DNA of 64,000 nucleotides from assembly GCA_012295275.1 (NCBI GenBank), contig CM022671.1, forward strand, positions 14,818,001 through 14,882,000, given 5' to 3'. A program made the position numbers and the translations under genes. Source of the stretch: Chrysomallon squamiferum (lineage: Eukaryota > Animalia > Mollusca). The notes under the pieces are model-generated. The model made no database searches and was not told the origin of the DNA. It saw nothing but the letters and a program-made list of their open reading frames with translations. The stretch's first letter is position 1, and each line of letters starts with the position of its first letter. Below, in pieces: positions 47,681-62,600 of the stretch.

Positions 47681-49563
47681 TACATATTTTATGCTGTTTG
47701 AACTAACTGAACGATATCATTCTGGAGGATATTTTAACTATGGTATGTGTATTTACATTGGGTACAACTGTATGAATGTACCATTCATCTATGAATGTAT
47801 GAAAGCATACATGTGTGTGTGTATATGTGTACATATGTATGTGTGTGTTTGTGTGTGTGTGTGTGTATATATATATGTATGTATGTGTGTGTGTGTGTGC
47901 ATATGTACGTTTGTGAATATATATATATATTTGTAGGTTAAAATAATTATTGGCTGTTTAAACATTGTTTGAAGTGTACATGAGTGTATCTTGATGTTTG
48001 TTGGTATTTGGAAGCAAACATCAGCATGTCTCATGGCTGGAGTGTGACTGACAGCGATGTTACCCAAAGCATCACATCATTTTGAAACACATCTGAGAAG
48101 TAACCTTGAATATTCAACTCACTCTTCACCACAGATCTTGATGTGGGGCTGTTTGCAGTGATGTGGAGCAGGTAGACACCAGCACTGAAGACGAGGAGGG
48201 TGGATCCAGTTGTCCATCTAGTATCCCATTTTGCCCAGGCAAGAAGGGACCATCAAGAACACCAGTAGCAACATCAAATATCATGTTTTTCATGTTTCAT
48301 GAAATGTGATAAAATTTGTGTATGTAAAATTCAGACTGCATCATTTAACACCATTTAACACTTAAAGGAAATTTTCATCATAATGTCATCTTAATTATTT
48401 ATCCACTTACTCTCAAAATTCAAATTTTCAAAAATGGACTCCATTATATTTAAAAATGGACATAACTTGACATTCAATAAACCAGCTGAGATGAACCAGT
48501 TAGTGATTTGTTAAGATTTCATAAGCTTCACTGAACTATTTATAGGCCCACATTAAATAATCAACATCTTATTCTTTATTTTTGAGAACAGAAATTAAAA
48601 ACAGATGCAAATCAGTATATTAGTATTTATGAAATTTTACAACAGAAACAATTATATTAATAAATTTAGTGTGCAGCTTAAAACCCCCATATCCCCATCC
48701 CCATTAAAATTGTTAATCATTTGAATATTGATAATTCATTTTTCTTCTTTTGCAAGATGTTTTAATAAGCAAGCTTTTCAAAAATAGAATTGTTTCTTCT
48801 GTTTAAAATGTGCATGTCATCACTTCTACAAAATTTTGAAATTCTAGACCTTTGATCATTTTATCATCTCCTTTTAAACAGCTTAATTTGTCCTTATTTG
48901 GAGGGTCTTAAATAATATTAAATAAAACAAGAACAAATTTATAAAATTTTGTAATGCCAGTTAGCACAGACCATACTTGAACATAAATTTTATAAATTTC
49001 CTAGAACCCAGACATAATTAGCCAAATACACTAAAATGAGAGAAATGTGATGGAACATCACCAAACTAACCTTCCAAAACATACAAACATACTTTTAAAA
49101 ATATCATCCCAACACATAACCTGAAAATATTTAACTTTTTATTGTTATAGTTTTTATTAATAAACATTAACAAACCAAAAAAATTCATGAAAATGCAGTG
49201 CATTCAAAATGTAAGAAGAAATTGTTTTAAAATATTTTATTTCACTCATTTAGTTCCAATTCATTTCTCTCTGAGAAATATATTCAAACAACATTTGAAT
49301 GTCACAATGTACAATTTAAATTAATTTGTCCACAAACAGGAATATAAGAATTATTAATATCCAGTTTCCACTTCTATATGCATTTGGCCTGAATTCCTGA
49401 AAAACTGGAGTGCTTGTCACATGGAAGATAAAAAAAATAATGTGCTTTAAACAAATCATAATATCCCAATTAATATTTCATCTATTATTTTCAGCAATAA
49501 ATAAATTTATAAATATATATACAATGGGATTTGACTGGCACTTTCTTCACATCTAAACAAAAA

Positions 49564-52500
49564 CTACTGCAGTAAGCTGATTAACACATCAAAGAATTTG
49601 CTTCTGTCTTCAGTTTTCATTTCTATGACTGAAATATGAAAGTGATAAAGATTAGAAATTACACCGAAAGAAAATTTCTATACAACCAATATTTATTCAC
49701 TCAAAACAAGTAAATACACTATGGTTTCAGCAAGAAGATTCTAAATGAAAAGCTAGGTACTCTAAAATGCATGTCCAAAATCAAGATGTACTTCCCAAAT
49801 GTTATATTTTATGCTTTTAAAAATGCGTGGTTACAATTACAGACATTTTCTTAAGTTCTGTTCAATTATTAGTTGAATTCATCTAAATTTTTATTAATCA
49901 TAACATCGAAACTGAAATTACTGAATTAATAATAGAAATATGTCACTGATTATGGTTATGGAGATGTACTATACATACATATATAATTATCAAGTTTAAA
50001 TAAGAAACTCTTCAGAATGATATAATATTACAATATAAATGGAACATAGAGACTTACTATGAGAATCAAAGTTGTCATGGCGTGTTCGGGTGTTTGTATT
50101 TGAAGCTGCCTGTTCAAATGCTTTGCCGAAAAAACTGAAATGCAAATTTTTATCAAACAAATAACTTCAGCCATAAATCCATAACATATATATATATATA
50201 CACTTTTTTTTTCAATTAATTCATGTCATAAATATTAATTTGAATGTCCTGCCTACATCTGATAAAATAAGGCAAAGAAACAATAAAAAATCAAATAATA
50301 TTATTACATTTGTCCAAGTTATTCACCTGTGTTTTTGTAGTGATAATTTTCTAATTTCTTAGGTCTGTAAATTTTTGTTTTCTTTAACTTTCAGCATGAA
50401 TAACTAACTATCTTACTTTTTTCTTTCATCATCCAAGTCTAATGGCGGTATTCCTATAATCAGTGTTGTTCCTTCTTGCAGATCATTGGGAACACCAATT
50501 ATCATAGGCAAGCTTTTTGCTCGTTTACTGCGGTTCTGGAAAAATAACAGCAAGTAAAATTTTAATTAACTGTTTTCTTTAATATTTACTTGAGCAGGAA
50601 ACAAATTTGTTTGCAGAATTTATCTAACAGACTAAAGATTTTTCATACAAGACTGGATTATGTTGTAAATTGTAAATGACAAAGATTAAAAAAAATTTTT
50701 TTATTTTATAATATAAACCGCCTCAGCGAATTAAATTGTATGTGGTTTATTCATTAATCTCTATTTTAGCTATAATGCTGATCTGTACTTGTTGCTGTAG
50801 TTGCAAGGTAAACACCAGTATATAATAAATATGAAAAGAAAAACAACAAAAAACAAATAAATGTATAAATATTGAAACATTAACAGCAGAAGAAGATGCC
50901 ATTTTGGAGACGGTATCTAAGCTGAAAACCTGTATTTTTAACCACCCATAAAGTTTATCCTCATACATACCATACAGCAGTATGCTTCTAGTGTAAATCT
51001 GGCCAGTCTCATTAGACACTGTGGTTTTGCAAAATATTTCACATCAGCTGTTCCCTGCAAATGGATAAAAAAAATTACTATCACTTTCATTTCTCCTGAT
51101 TATTATTACCAGTGTTTATTTTATTTGATTTTTAACTTTCGTTTTTTTTTTGAGTTGGGATGATATGGATGATCAGTAATATAAAAACAATAACTGTTAA
51201 TTAAACAGACATGATATATAAAACATTTTGAATATATGTGTGTATTATTATATTTTCTTTACAGTGAGAAAAACATTTCACTTTTTATTTTTATTGTTTA
51301 TTTTTAGAGGAAGATGAGTTAATAAGTTACCTCTTGGATAAATGCATAAAGAAATGGTCCAGCTGAAATTACTTGATGCATGTCCAAAAATATCTGCACT
51401 TGAGTCACTGTTGCTTTCAGCTGCTTTTTGGCACTTTCCAGACCCTTTTCTAAAGCTGACACATTTGATCTAAATAATTTTTCAATTTATAATAAAACAG
51501 TATTCCAACATAAGTAGATTTATACTGGAGTATAACAATTTTTCAGTTTATAATAAAGCAATATTTAAATATAAGTAGGCATATTAAATAATGAGCATAA
51601 CATTAAATCTACTTAATTCTTTTAAGTAGAAAGACTATTTAGAATAAATGTTTAACAAAATGTTGTTGTTATGGTAACAAAAAAATAATAATAAATACTA
51701 CTCTATTTAATGTAATAAGAAATAAACATTTTGAATGAAAATAAAATAAAATAATCAAGTCTATAAACTACCTTTGTAAAATATCTAAGGCATTCAGGAA
51801 ATTATCTGTAGGCAATTTTCCATTTTCCTGAAAGAAAAGACAGTTGTTTTAACAGTGAATAAAAGATGACCATAAATATATAAAGGCAATCTATAATATG
51901 TAAATGTATTTACTTCAAGAGTCAAGAAAGAAATACTGTTGTATAAACAATCATTTATTGTTAAAATTAATATTTATCATTACTGTCAAAAATAAGTAAA
52001 GATAGCTGAAATTAAAGCGTACTTTGATGATACATATACACTGTATTTCATTCATTTAGTAAGATGTATTTGTTGTTGGCCAACAATGAATTAGGGTGAT
52101 AAAATGATTCGATCATGAGAATACATATTTAGGAAACTCTGTACCACAAATAAATTAAAAGTTTTTGAAACCTTCTGTAAAAATTAAAACAATTTTAATG
52201 AATAACTTCTACAACATGAGTCTGGATCATGTCAAGTTCATAAAACTGATCTTTTATAGAAAAAATATTTTCTTTTAATCAGACAACAGAAAAAAGATTT
52301 TCTTTTAATCAGACTACAGAAAAATTATACTTTTAGTTATCATCAGATAATTTTTTTTTTATTTTTTTTTTATATATATATATAAGACATAAGGTCAAAT
52401 AATATTGAATTATATCCAAATTAGCTTTAAATTCAGGTTTCACTATATTTAATTTTAATGCATTAACAAATTATTTTTTAATACAGGCTTCAATAAATGA

Positions 52501-55500
52501 AAAAATGATGTCTACCACAGATTCTAATGCTGCTCCACAAGCATACACTGCATCTGTTGCACACAATTTGTTTTTGAAACCATACTGTGCATAAAATGAT
52601 GGAAAAACAACATCCTGCATTACAAGGCTGAAAACAAACAAAAAATCATTCAACTCTTCAGATACATCATTATATAAAATTGTTGTACTTTAAACAGGTT
52701 TATGATAAACACAGAAAGAATTATTCCTATCTTACAAACATTTTTTTTTTCATTGTAAGTTATTTGTCTTGAAATGTTTCATTGATTGCAACATTTTATT
52801 TAATGTTATCTTCATTTTACTTCAGTTCTGCTGAAAAATAAACAAAGTCAAGCTATTAAAATACCCATATTTAGTCATGTGTTCCTGCATCATTGACTTA
52901 ATGTTTCCTTTTATTTCAGTGTCCATTGATGTAAATTTCTGCTTGCACTGATTTAATGGCAATCTGAAAAACAAAAGCATTTGAGTACTGAACAGGCAAA
53001 TTTTATTTTACACTTTCTTACAAACATATATGTCCATTTGTCTAAATCCTCCATTGATTATGGAAACATTTTATTTCAACTAGTGGAATCTGTGTCCACA
53101 TAGTTATGGCCCTTTTATACTTCTCTGTTTTGCTTCTGTTCTCATCATGGATTTATTATGATATAAACATTTGTGTGCTTATATCCAGTTATTCCAAATT
53201 AGTTTTAATGGTCAGATGACTTGCCTTCAGTCTACTTACTTACTGTAATTAATTTAAAATTTAACTTCTTTTTTTTTTTAACTGAGAAAGGAAGAAAAAA
53301 AAAAAAAAAAAATCAACTTAATGTAATTACACTTATTTTAAATCAAGCAATTAACTTCTCATTTTTAATACTGAAGAAAAAATTCTCTACCCCATTTCTG
53401 CAAGGAATTCATACAACCGCTTCTGTCCTTTCAGCGTCCACACCTTGAACTTGCAAGCAGTGTTGATAGAATGACACAAACTGTCAAACAGTGACCAGTG
53501 TCGGTAAAGTGATAAATGCAACTCTTCATCAAACACAACCTTCAAACAGTTTATGGACTGCGTGTTTTCCTCATCATCTGCTCTTTAAAAAGAAAAAAAA
53601 AAGACTGATAATTAAAAAAAAAATGTTATGCCTTGTTGTATGGAATTTCTGATAATGACTGATTTTAAACATGGAATATGGAGAATCTACTGTGAGATCA
53701 TGATATGAGACAACAGAGACACAAAAATATAAGAGTTTATGTAAGAGAGAGACTTGGGAGTAAACAGACATAAGAGTTTGTGTCTTAATATGGAGATCTG
53801 TCCTGGATACATGGAACATTTTAAAACATTGTTAAAAAACTAATTGTTTAATGAATAATCTGCGAGTTTTAGCATTTATTTAGATTATAAGAAAAATAAA
53901 ATGTTTAAACTTGGGTTTTGTTGTTTCTTAACACACACTGTTCAATTTTTATGTGACAAAAATCTAAGATATTTTTCAAACAATTATTTACAATTTTTAA
54001 TCACTGATGAACTGATAATTCAGGTTTAATAATACAAAAATAAAATTAAATGTTTCAGTGTGTTCCTAATAAATAGAAATATCATTTGGTATACTGCTTG
54101 TTTATCAAATGATTCAGAACTTTACTTGGTATACTGCTTGTTTATCAAATGATAAATTAACTTACCTGTGGTTATGTCTGGACACATGAGATTGCAGAGC
54201 AATGATGTCTTCCATATATTTCTCTCTTGTTGTTTTAAACTGAGCATACTGATCTGAAACTCCTATCACTGACAACCTATTAATAGATTAAAAAAAAAAA
54301 GTAATACATTTGAAGTAACAACCTTTCTGTTTAAATGGTGAGTGTAGTTTTGTCTTCTAAAACATCTATAGTTTTTTCTCTATTTCCACATTTAAAAAAA
54401 ATATGAATCCTGAATCTTACCATAGTAAGTCATTGGTATCTTTAGACATTTTCCAAGCTAACTCAAACATAAGCAGAGCAGCCTGAAAAAGAAATGGTAC
54501 AAAAACTAAAAAAAGAATAGAAATTAGTAAAGAAAATGCTATATAATTTATACAAAACATGTCTTGAAAATTTGTTTCAAAAAGATGTTCCAGTCTAAAA
54601 ATAGCAGTACTTAAGTTTCTTACAGTCAGAAATATAAATTTATTTAAACATCAGAACAGATCTGTCACTTTTTTATTTATGAATTTATACACCAATTGTA
54701 TTCTATATATTTATTATTATTAACATGTAAAAACATTTTGTTTCTTTTGTATTTTCAATTCACTTCAGAAAATAATGTGAACTACCTGAGTTCTCAATTT
54801 GGACACAGTAAAATGTGCTAATAATATGAATTAGCACAATGGGTATTTATATTTTGATGAAAGACAGGTTGTAATTATTCATAGTTTCATCATAACAGGA
54901 GAATCTAGGTGTAATAACTGTACCATAATTGTAAATGTAATTACTTACTGACGTTCCATAATAGGTAAACTTAGAATAGTCAAACAGTATTTTAGTCCTA
55001 AAAAAAAAATATTTTTTAAGATATATATATATACGCACAGACACACACACATATACATATAATTTGATCGCATACAATATAACATTCAGATATAAGTAAC
55101 ATGCTGTTTGAAACAAACAAACACTAAATATTACTTAAAAACAACTAAGAAAACAAAATTAAATACCACTATTTAGAAATGCTCATATAAATTCAGAAAT
55201 TACACATGACAAAAATCAAATGAAATTGATGTTTCCCCATCACTTTTTCTTCTTTTTCATTTTAATAAAATATTATAAAATTATCTTATATAAAATTCAA
55301 ATACTTTTATTACATTACTTTTTATCACATGCTTCTCATACCGTTTAGAAGTTAAAATAAAAATAAAATTTAAAAACATATCATTAAAGCAGTTTAAAAC
55401 ATTTTAAAAAATTAAAACAAAAACAAACAGTAACCTGTCTTCATGCCATAATCGTTTTTCTCTTCGTCTGTCTAGAGCAACTTCATCAAGTTTTTTTCGT

Positions 55501-58500
55501 TTTCCTGGATTACTGGCATCACTATCATCAGATTCATCATTTGACTAGAGAAAAGGCAAACAACTCAAAATTATTAATTTAAAAAAAAGATAGTCAAAAA
55601 GTAAAGTAAAGATTTCTAAATACAGGATAATTAATGTTTAGAACTGTGCATTTATAATGAACAGATTCTGTAGCATAATTTTATATCAGTTAAAAAAAAA
55701 AAAAAAAAAAAAAAATGTTTCTAAAAACATCATCAAAATTTATGTACAGTTTTGAATGTTAATAATATAAATTAGAAAATATGTTTAGAAAACCCTGCCT
55801 TTTTGTTATAGGAAAAGTACAAAATATTCTGAAACATTACATATGGAACTAAGTATCTTTTATCTTAAACTAACCTCATCATCTCTAAACACTGTGTCAT
55901 ATTCAGGTATGTCAGTGAATTCCTCTTGCTTCATCAACAGTTTCACCTGAACTGCATTGTATACGTTGTGAATATCTACAGGTCTGTGACTAAGACATTA
56001 CATTTAAGAAAAAAATAATACATTTGTAAATCACTGGTAAATCTAGCCCTTTAATCAAGTTTGCAGATATATATTTATTTTAAAAAAACACTAATCTCAT
56101 TTTATTTCACATTCAGTTTTAAAGGCCAAATATCATAAATATTTAATACTTGTCAACATAAAAATTACTAATTTCCTTTCCAAATACAATGATTGTTCTA
56201 CATGAACAAGATTACTTTGAAAGAAAGATTACAGATTGGTAGGATTATGACTTATATAGAATGCACCTATAATCGAAAGTAAAGCTTAAAAATCTGTTTC
56301 CATTTGTATTTGCATTTATTTTTTAAAAATGAAGAAAATTATATAAATGTTTGTTATATCAAGGTTTTTTTTAAACAAATTTATTACCAAATGGTCAATG
56401 TGTTTCAATAATTTTATTTATCTGACTTATAATTAACTAAATGTAAAGGAATTAAAAAAATTAAAGACATCAATAAACAGCTAATTTTTTTGTTGGATAG
56501 ACAGATATTTAAGAAAATTTAAAAGTTAAAAAAAAGAAAAGTTACATCAACCAAACCTGTCACATATGTAAAATCGAATGTATTCTTCTGGTTGCAGCAT
56601 TTCTACAATGTCTACTGTAGCACCACAGTTGATCAAGACAACATGTTTTACCTGCAAAATAAATAACAAAAACATTAAAAGACTAATTACAAAAATATTT
56701 ATTTAAATTATTTTAAATGTCCATGTTTCTGTTTTTGAAAATGATAAATTTTTGGCCAAGACACAGTTCTTCAGTAACTCAGATTCACTTTTACTCACTA
56801 TAAACAAAAGATGAAATGGTATGATAAATGTCATATTTTTATACAAGATGGCCATAAATATCAAATCGTCTTGAAATCTTGTTTTGATAATCCCAATGTC
56901 AGATAACTAACTATATAGGATGATGAAATTACTGAAACCAGAGATAACCAGCAGATGTATGTAAAATACTTTAATATCTATTAGTCTGATTTCTTTATTT
57001 GTCCATTTCTTAATTTTATATTTTTACTCTATTTTTGTCTTTTATTAACACTCATTACAGTAAAACATTAACTACTACTTTCGCTGTTTGATTTTATGAA
57101 GTGTTTTAAACAGTAATAGTATTATTTATAATTATCTGTTTAAATAACAAAGATTTAAGTGCTGGATGTAGAAAATTAATATTTGACTCATACATTTCTA
57201 ATTAATTTTTCAGAGTAAAACTGGTATTCAAATTTCTGGTTTTCTGACATTTTCATATTGTTAATAAAATGACATAAATTATTATAAATTTGATTTTTTG
57301 TAAAAATGCATACAAACCCTTTCTGTGTTTTCCACAAAGGCTCTTTCTAGATCTTCATATCCAGTGATGGGCACAATCGTGTACAGAATATGATCACACT
57401 GAAACAAGTACTGAAAAAGAAGAGAGCATGTATAATAATATTATAAAACAGAGATGTCAATTTAACAATTAATTATAATTATTCAATTGATTATATTCAT
57501 TTCCATTTATTACAAATTCACAAATTTACGAACAGAACTGTGTGAAATGTATAAATGAAGTAAAATATTGTAAATACAGACATTCTGCACAAATGAAGAT
57601 TATAAATTATCCAGGAATGTTTTGATGCTGATAAATTTAAAACTGTTTCTGAATAAAAATAAAATAAAACATCAACCATTTTAAAATATGTATTTCATAT
57701 GTCCTTATTGTTATCGTATGTCTTTCAAGAAAAAATGTAAAAATTATTTTTCCAAATCGTAATTATATTACAATGTTTCCATTGATTATTAATTCCCAGT
57801 TATTTCTTAAATACTGTTGTACTAGTAGCATACCTGCAGTATTTTACAAGCACACAGAGCGTCAACTTCAAATGACACCAGAACAAGAACTCTCTGGAAG
57901 AAAAAAAAAAAAAAAAATTAACACACACGCACACCCACACCACTCAAAGAAACTCAAACTGCGTACAAAAACGATGATCTTAGTTTGATTTAAAAGTCCA
58001 AATGTACAAGTTCACTTAAAGAATCGTATTAAAAAGGACATCATCTTCTTTATATTTATAGCTGAGATAACTCAGTAAAAGTATTTTCGAGATATGTCAA
58101 CATGACTAAAGTCCCGTCAATTTCATACTCATCAGTCTCATGATATGATGATACTGATATATTGCTTACACTAAGAAGATGAATATCAGCTGATCCTACA
58201 GCACTACTGCTAGTTCCTTTTAAACGGACACCATTTTTACACACGTTTTTATTATCCATAATCATTTAATATAAAAAAAATAATAATAATAATAATAAAG
58301 TACAAAAATTCTTTGACAGATATTCTGCTGCTTAATCTTAGTTAACAAATTTGGCGCTACAAGTAAACTACACAGATTTAATATGATTCAATAGCTACTT
58401 TTAAAATTATTCAGAGATTATAATTATTATCATTTACGATGTTTCAAACATGTCAACAGACCTGGTGTTGTATGGCATCGTAGAAACCCTGTTTCAGATC

Positions 58501-58512
58501 TTTCACAAACAT
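49564..58512 (-). CDS. CDC45: Cell division control protein 45 (CMG helicase subunit), 18 exons
   Basis: MFVKDLKQGFYDAIQHQ|RVLVLVSFEVDALCACKILQ, LINCGATVD, CDSHRPVD, LYRHWSLFDSL, ISAGPFLY, FFGKAFEQAA, IEMKTEDRSKFFDVLISLLQ*. All exons are phase-consistent. Confidence 0.97.
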
Positions 58513-59605
58513 TTCTGGTTTAACAATTTTACAAAATCAACTTTACCGCGCTTTCCGCAACAATTTTCTTTGGTTGTTTCCCCCACTGTAAACTGCGTGT
58601 GTGTTTTAACAAATTATTTAAAAAGAAAAAATTAAAATTAAAAATTTATATAATAAAATCAATTATGAACTGACTAAAAAATACAAAAACAAGTAAAATA
58701 AATAAATAAAAAAAATTAAAAAATTCTCGTTCTAATAAAAATAGTCTTAATGACGTTAGAGAACAACAGCAGGCGTTGTGAAATCGGCGAACAGTTTATC
58801 GTTCGTCAGATCTGCAAAGAAATCTTTCCAGTTTGAAGAGCATATTAAACTTCAAGGAAATGGACAGTATTTTTACAACAAAATAAAGCACATTCACTTC
58901 TGAATTATATATATATCAAAAATAATCAATAAAGAAATCACAGAAAAATGAAAAAATATTTAAGAAACGCGGTGCTGGTTTGCTGTTCGTTTATTAATCA
59001 ATTTAATGCGCACTGGACATTGCTATTTTGGTTTCATAACACAACGTATTCTATAAGACTACAGTGGTGACCAGTATTAAATTCGTAAATACTTAATCAC
59101 CATGTTTGCATATAAATAGGCATGGCATGTAAAATGCTTTTATGCGCACCCCTTTCTGGAGATTACTGATGAAATAATAATATTTATTAACTAATTACGA
59201 TGCTTTACTTCAATCTGTAATTTTCAAAGATAGCAAACTGCTAGTATTCATACGAGATACAGATAAAGATTAGGATAGTTTTAGTTTGAAAACAAAACTT
59301 ATATAAACCCCTATACATATTGATGCTTCAATGAAAAGGAAACATATTAACAAATAATGTACTTTCTTTTATAGTTCTTTCCTATGATACGGTGTTTCGG
59401 TTAACCAGTCGATAATTCTTTGACTTAAATGTTCTAAATGCCTGCTGGAATTAGTCGCTTATTTTTTAATTTAGAAATGACGACGTTTCATAAATTCCAA
59501 CAAATCAGGAAGTAAATAAATTCATGGCAGAGCTGATTAAGGCTTTTGTAACAAGATTTTTACCGTTATTACACATTTACCCAAGATTATAAATTGGAAT
59601 CAACA
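58513..59605. promoter_or_regulatory. Bidirectional promoter region shared by CDC45 and UFD1
   Basis: 1093 bp between divergent ATGs; locally CpG-enriched. E2F-like motifs (tttaccgcgc about 58542, tcggcgaa about 58784, tttggcgc about 58350 in CDC45 intron 1), ETS-like caggaagt about 59507, and tgacgt about 58751. Confidence 0.65.
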
Positions 59606-62600
59606 ATGGTTTGTATATTTTACTGTGGTTCTTTTGTTTCCTTTTTAAATTTATACTGATGGTCGCTAATTTTTGAGTTCACTATTCAGGTTTCTCTGCT
59701 TGTTTTCTAATTTTTATTCTGATAAATGTTTGTATTATTTACATTCGAAAATGAAATTAAGAAAGTTTAGGATTTACCGTATGGTTGAATAGTCAATTAA
59801 AATATTAACCTAATAAAGAAAAAAACTACTAGTACTACTATTATAATTATAAGTAAATAAATAAATAGTTTGACATAAAAATTAATGTAAATTAATTTGT
59901 TTTTTTCATTTAATCAGCATAAAATACGTGTGAATGTTGTGTAATGTTTATGTGCATATCTCTTTTGTCTCTCTTTTTGATAACTGCTGGAAGTAATTCA
60001 CTAAGATTCTGCAAATTATTTAATTCAAAAGGAATGTTAATCTGAATAGTAATAATAAGAAGAAGAAGAAGAAGAAGAAATGTTTGTTTAGAGTACATAT
60101 GTGTTCTTTTTTCTCTCTGTTTTACAGTTTGGTTTTGGTCATATGTTCCCTGAAGTGGGCCGTGTTTTCCAGACAACATATAGATGTTACTCCGTCACAA
60201 TGCTTGGAGACAGGGAGGATGTGGAGCGGGGCGGCAAAAGTTTGTATAGAGTTGTATTTCACTTGTATTTTATTTTCTAACATTTATAAGTGTCTAAGGC
60301 ATAATTCTGGTAAAATAATATTTAAATTTATATAAAAACATTGTTTATAGATATATATAGTATGTATTTATTTAGATATGATTATTAAAAAAAATTATGT
60401 GTTCAGTATAGAGAGTTTTGTCTTAATGAATTTATTTTTCTCCTCCAGTTATTATGCCACCATCTGCCCTGGATCAGCTAAGTATGTTATTCTTTTCCTT
60501 GTTATTTTAACGACAAATGACAGACTAAAAGTTTATAATACTAAGATATAACATATTTGTAGTAATTAAAAAAAAAAGTATAATAAATAATTTCAATTTT
60601 TACTTTTTAATTAAAAAATAGCAGTTATTTCCAGTAGCTATAAAAATATTGTTTATATTTTTTTACTTAAAGAAGCAGAGTTTTTAAACTTGTTTTTATT
60701 ATTACCTGTTTTGTTTTGCAAACTATTTAGAGTATCTTCAGACATTTTTCCCTATTAACTATTTTTAATTTTCCACAAGAGATTTATTAATAACATGATT
60801 TAAGATAACTTCAGAAATGATAATTCTGAAAATAATGTTTTTATGAATTTTCAGCACGTTTAAACATTCAGTATCCAATGTTATTCAAACTTGTGAACAA
60901 GAAGCATAACAGGGAAACACATTGTGGAGTTTTAGAGTTTGTGGCTGATGAAGGAAGAATATATATTCCTTACTGGGTAAGCCCTTTTGTATTACCATTT
61001 ACATTAATCGTCATGTATAAAACATTTTGAGACACTGAATATGACCTGAAAACGGGTGAACAGCAACAGGCATATGTCACACATTCTGTGATATATTATT
61101 TTATTATTCAATATTTGTGATAAAAAGAATAGTTGACTATTATAAGATATATTCTTAATATTTATATTTAAAAGACCTTCATATCTCTTTTTTCAGCTTT
61201 TTGAAAATGTATTACTGTTTACCATTATTTATTATTTATTCTTATTATTATTACTTTTCTTCTTTTTTTTCAGTATTATAATTTATTTGATGTTAGTGAA
61301 CATGCAGTTTTCTTTTATTAAATTATAGATGATGAGAAATTTGTTGTTGGATGAAGGAGGACTAGTTCAGATTGATAATGTTTCTCTGTCTGTAGCCACA
61401 TTTGCTAAGTTTCAGCCACAGTGTGTTGACTTCCTGGACATAACCAATCCTAAAGCAGTGTATCCTTCTTTTCAGTTGTATATAATATGCATTACTTGAT
61501 TCAAGAACCAGAATAATTCTCTGTAGGTTTCTGAAAAGGCAGCCAGCATATATCGATAAGAAAAATAAAAGTTTAAAAATTCAAAATTTCATTTCTAATA
61601 AATTCAGGAAAATATTATTTCTGTCACTGGATTCATAAAAAATAAAAAATAATAATAATAAAAAATTCTTCTTGAAATATCACCTGCTCTTTCTTTTTAA
61701 CCAGAAAGAATCATTTTTGAATCCCTAATGAAATGTCCAGTAGTGTTCAGTTTTAAATATAACCCATAGATATGGGAAGCACAGATTTATAGTCTTGGAC
61801 GATCCTGAAAATGTATCGTATTGAACTACAGTTTAAAATTATTACATTCAGTGTGTTAAATAAATTCATTCACTATTGTGATTATTATATTTTGCAATAT
61901 TCTTCACAACTTTTCTTCTCTTTTTTGCTTCATTTTATTGACATTGTTGTTGTCTATAATCAGATTTAAGTCTATTTAACAAACTTTTTACTATAAATCT
62001 TAACTGAATACAGATTGGAAAATGCCTTGAGAAACTTTGCCTGTCTCACTGCAGGAGATGTAATAGCTATTAAATACAATGACAAAGTAAATCATTTAAA
62101 ATCTTTTTTCCATGAAACCAACAAGTGATAGGAAAAAATCCATAATGATAATTACAGAGAAATATAAATTTTTTATGTTCTATTACTTAATATATTGTGG
62201 TGAATAATTAATTATTATAAACATGTGAACACAATGCAATATCTGCCTCATCATTTGAGTTTGTTTTACAATTTAAATTTTTGTGTAGAGGAATTGGTAC
62301 TGAACTTTAGTAGGATCGTTTTTAATTATGTAAATTTTGCAATATTTATGTAATTAATAAAAATTGATAATTATTCTGTAAATGCTGTGAAACTTATTTA
62401 CCTTTTTTTTCCACATAAAGTGGTATAATAATAAAAACACATATTAAAAAAACATTTACTTTAGATATATGAATTGTGTGTCTTGGAAACCAAACCAGGA
62501 ACAGCAGTTTCAATCATTGAATGTGACATGAATGTAAGTAATATAAACTCCATTCAAACAACGGATTAGATTCAATTCACTTTGTGTATGTGTATGAATA

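Noticed and set aside
47950-48300. Higher-GC block, possible PHD/MULE-type transposon coding relic
   Set aside because: No convincing motif in the frames I read; too degenerate to call.
52821-52830. Possible 10-nt micro-exon in a CDC45 intron (TTTTTCAG|cagaactgaa|GTAAAA)
   Set aside because: It would shift the frame; the flanking exons join correctly without it.
56918-56990. C/D-box-like pair (ATGATGA...CTGA)
   Set aside because: Antisense to the host gene CDC45, no terminal stem or guide evident; such motifs are common by chance in AT-rich DNA.
58056-58265. 69-aa ORF in CDC45 intron 1
   Set aside because: No recognisable homology; CDC45 exons 1 and 2 join without it.
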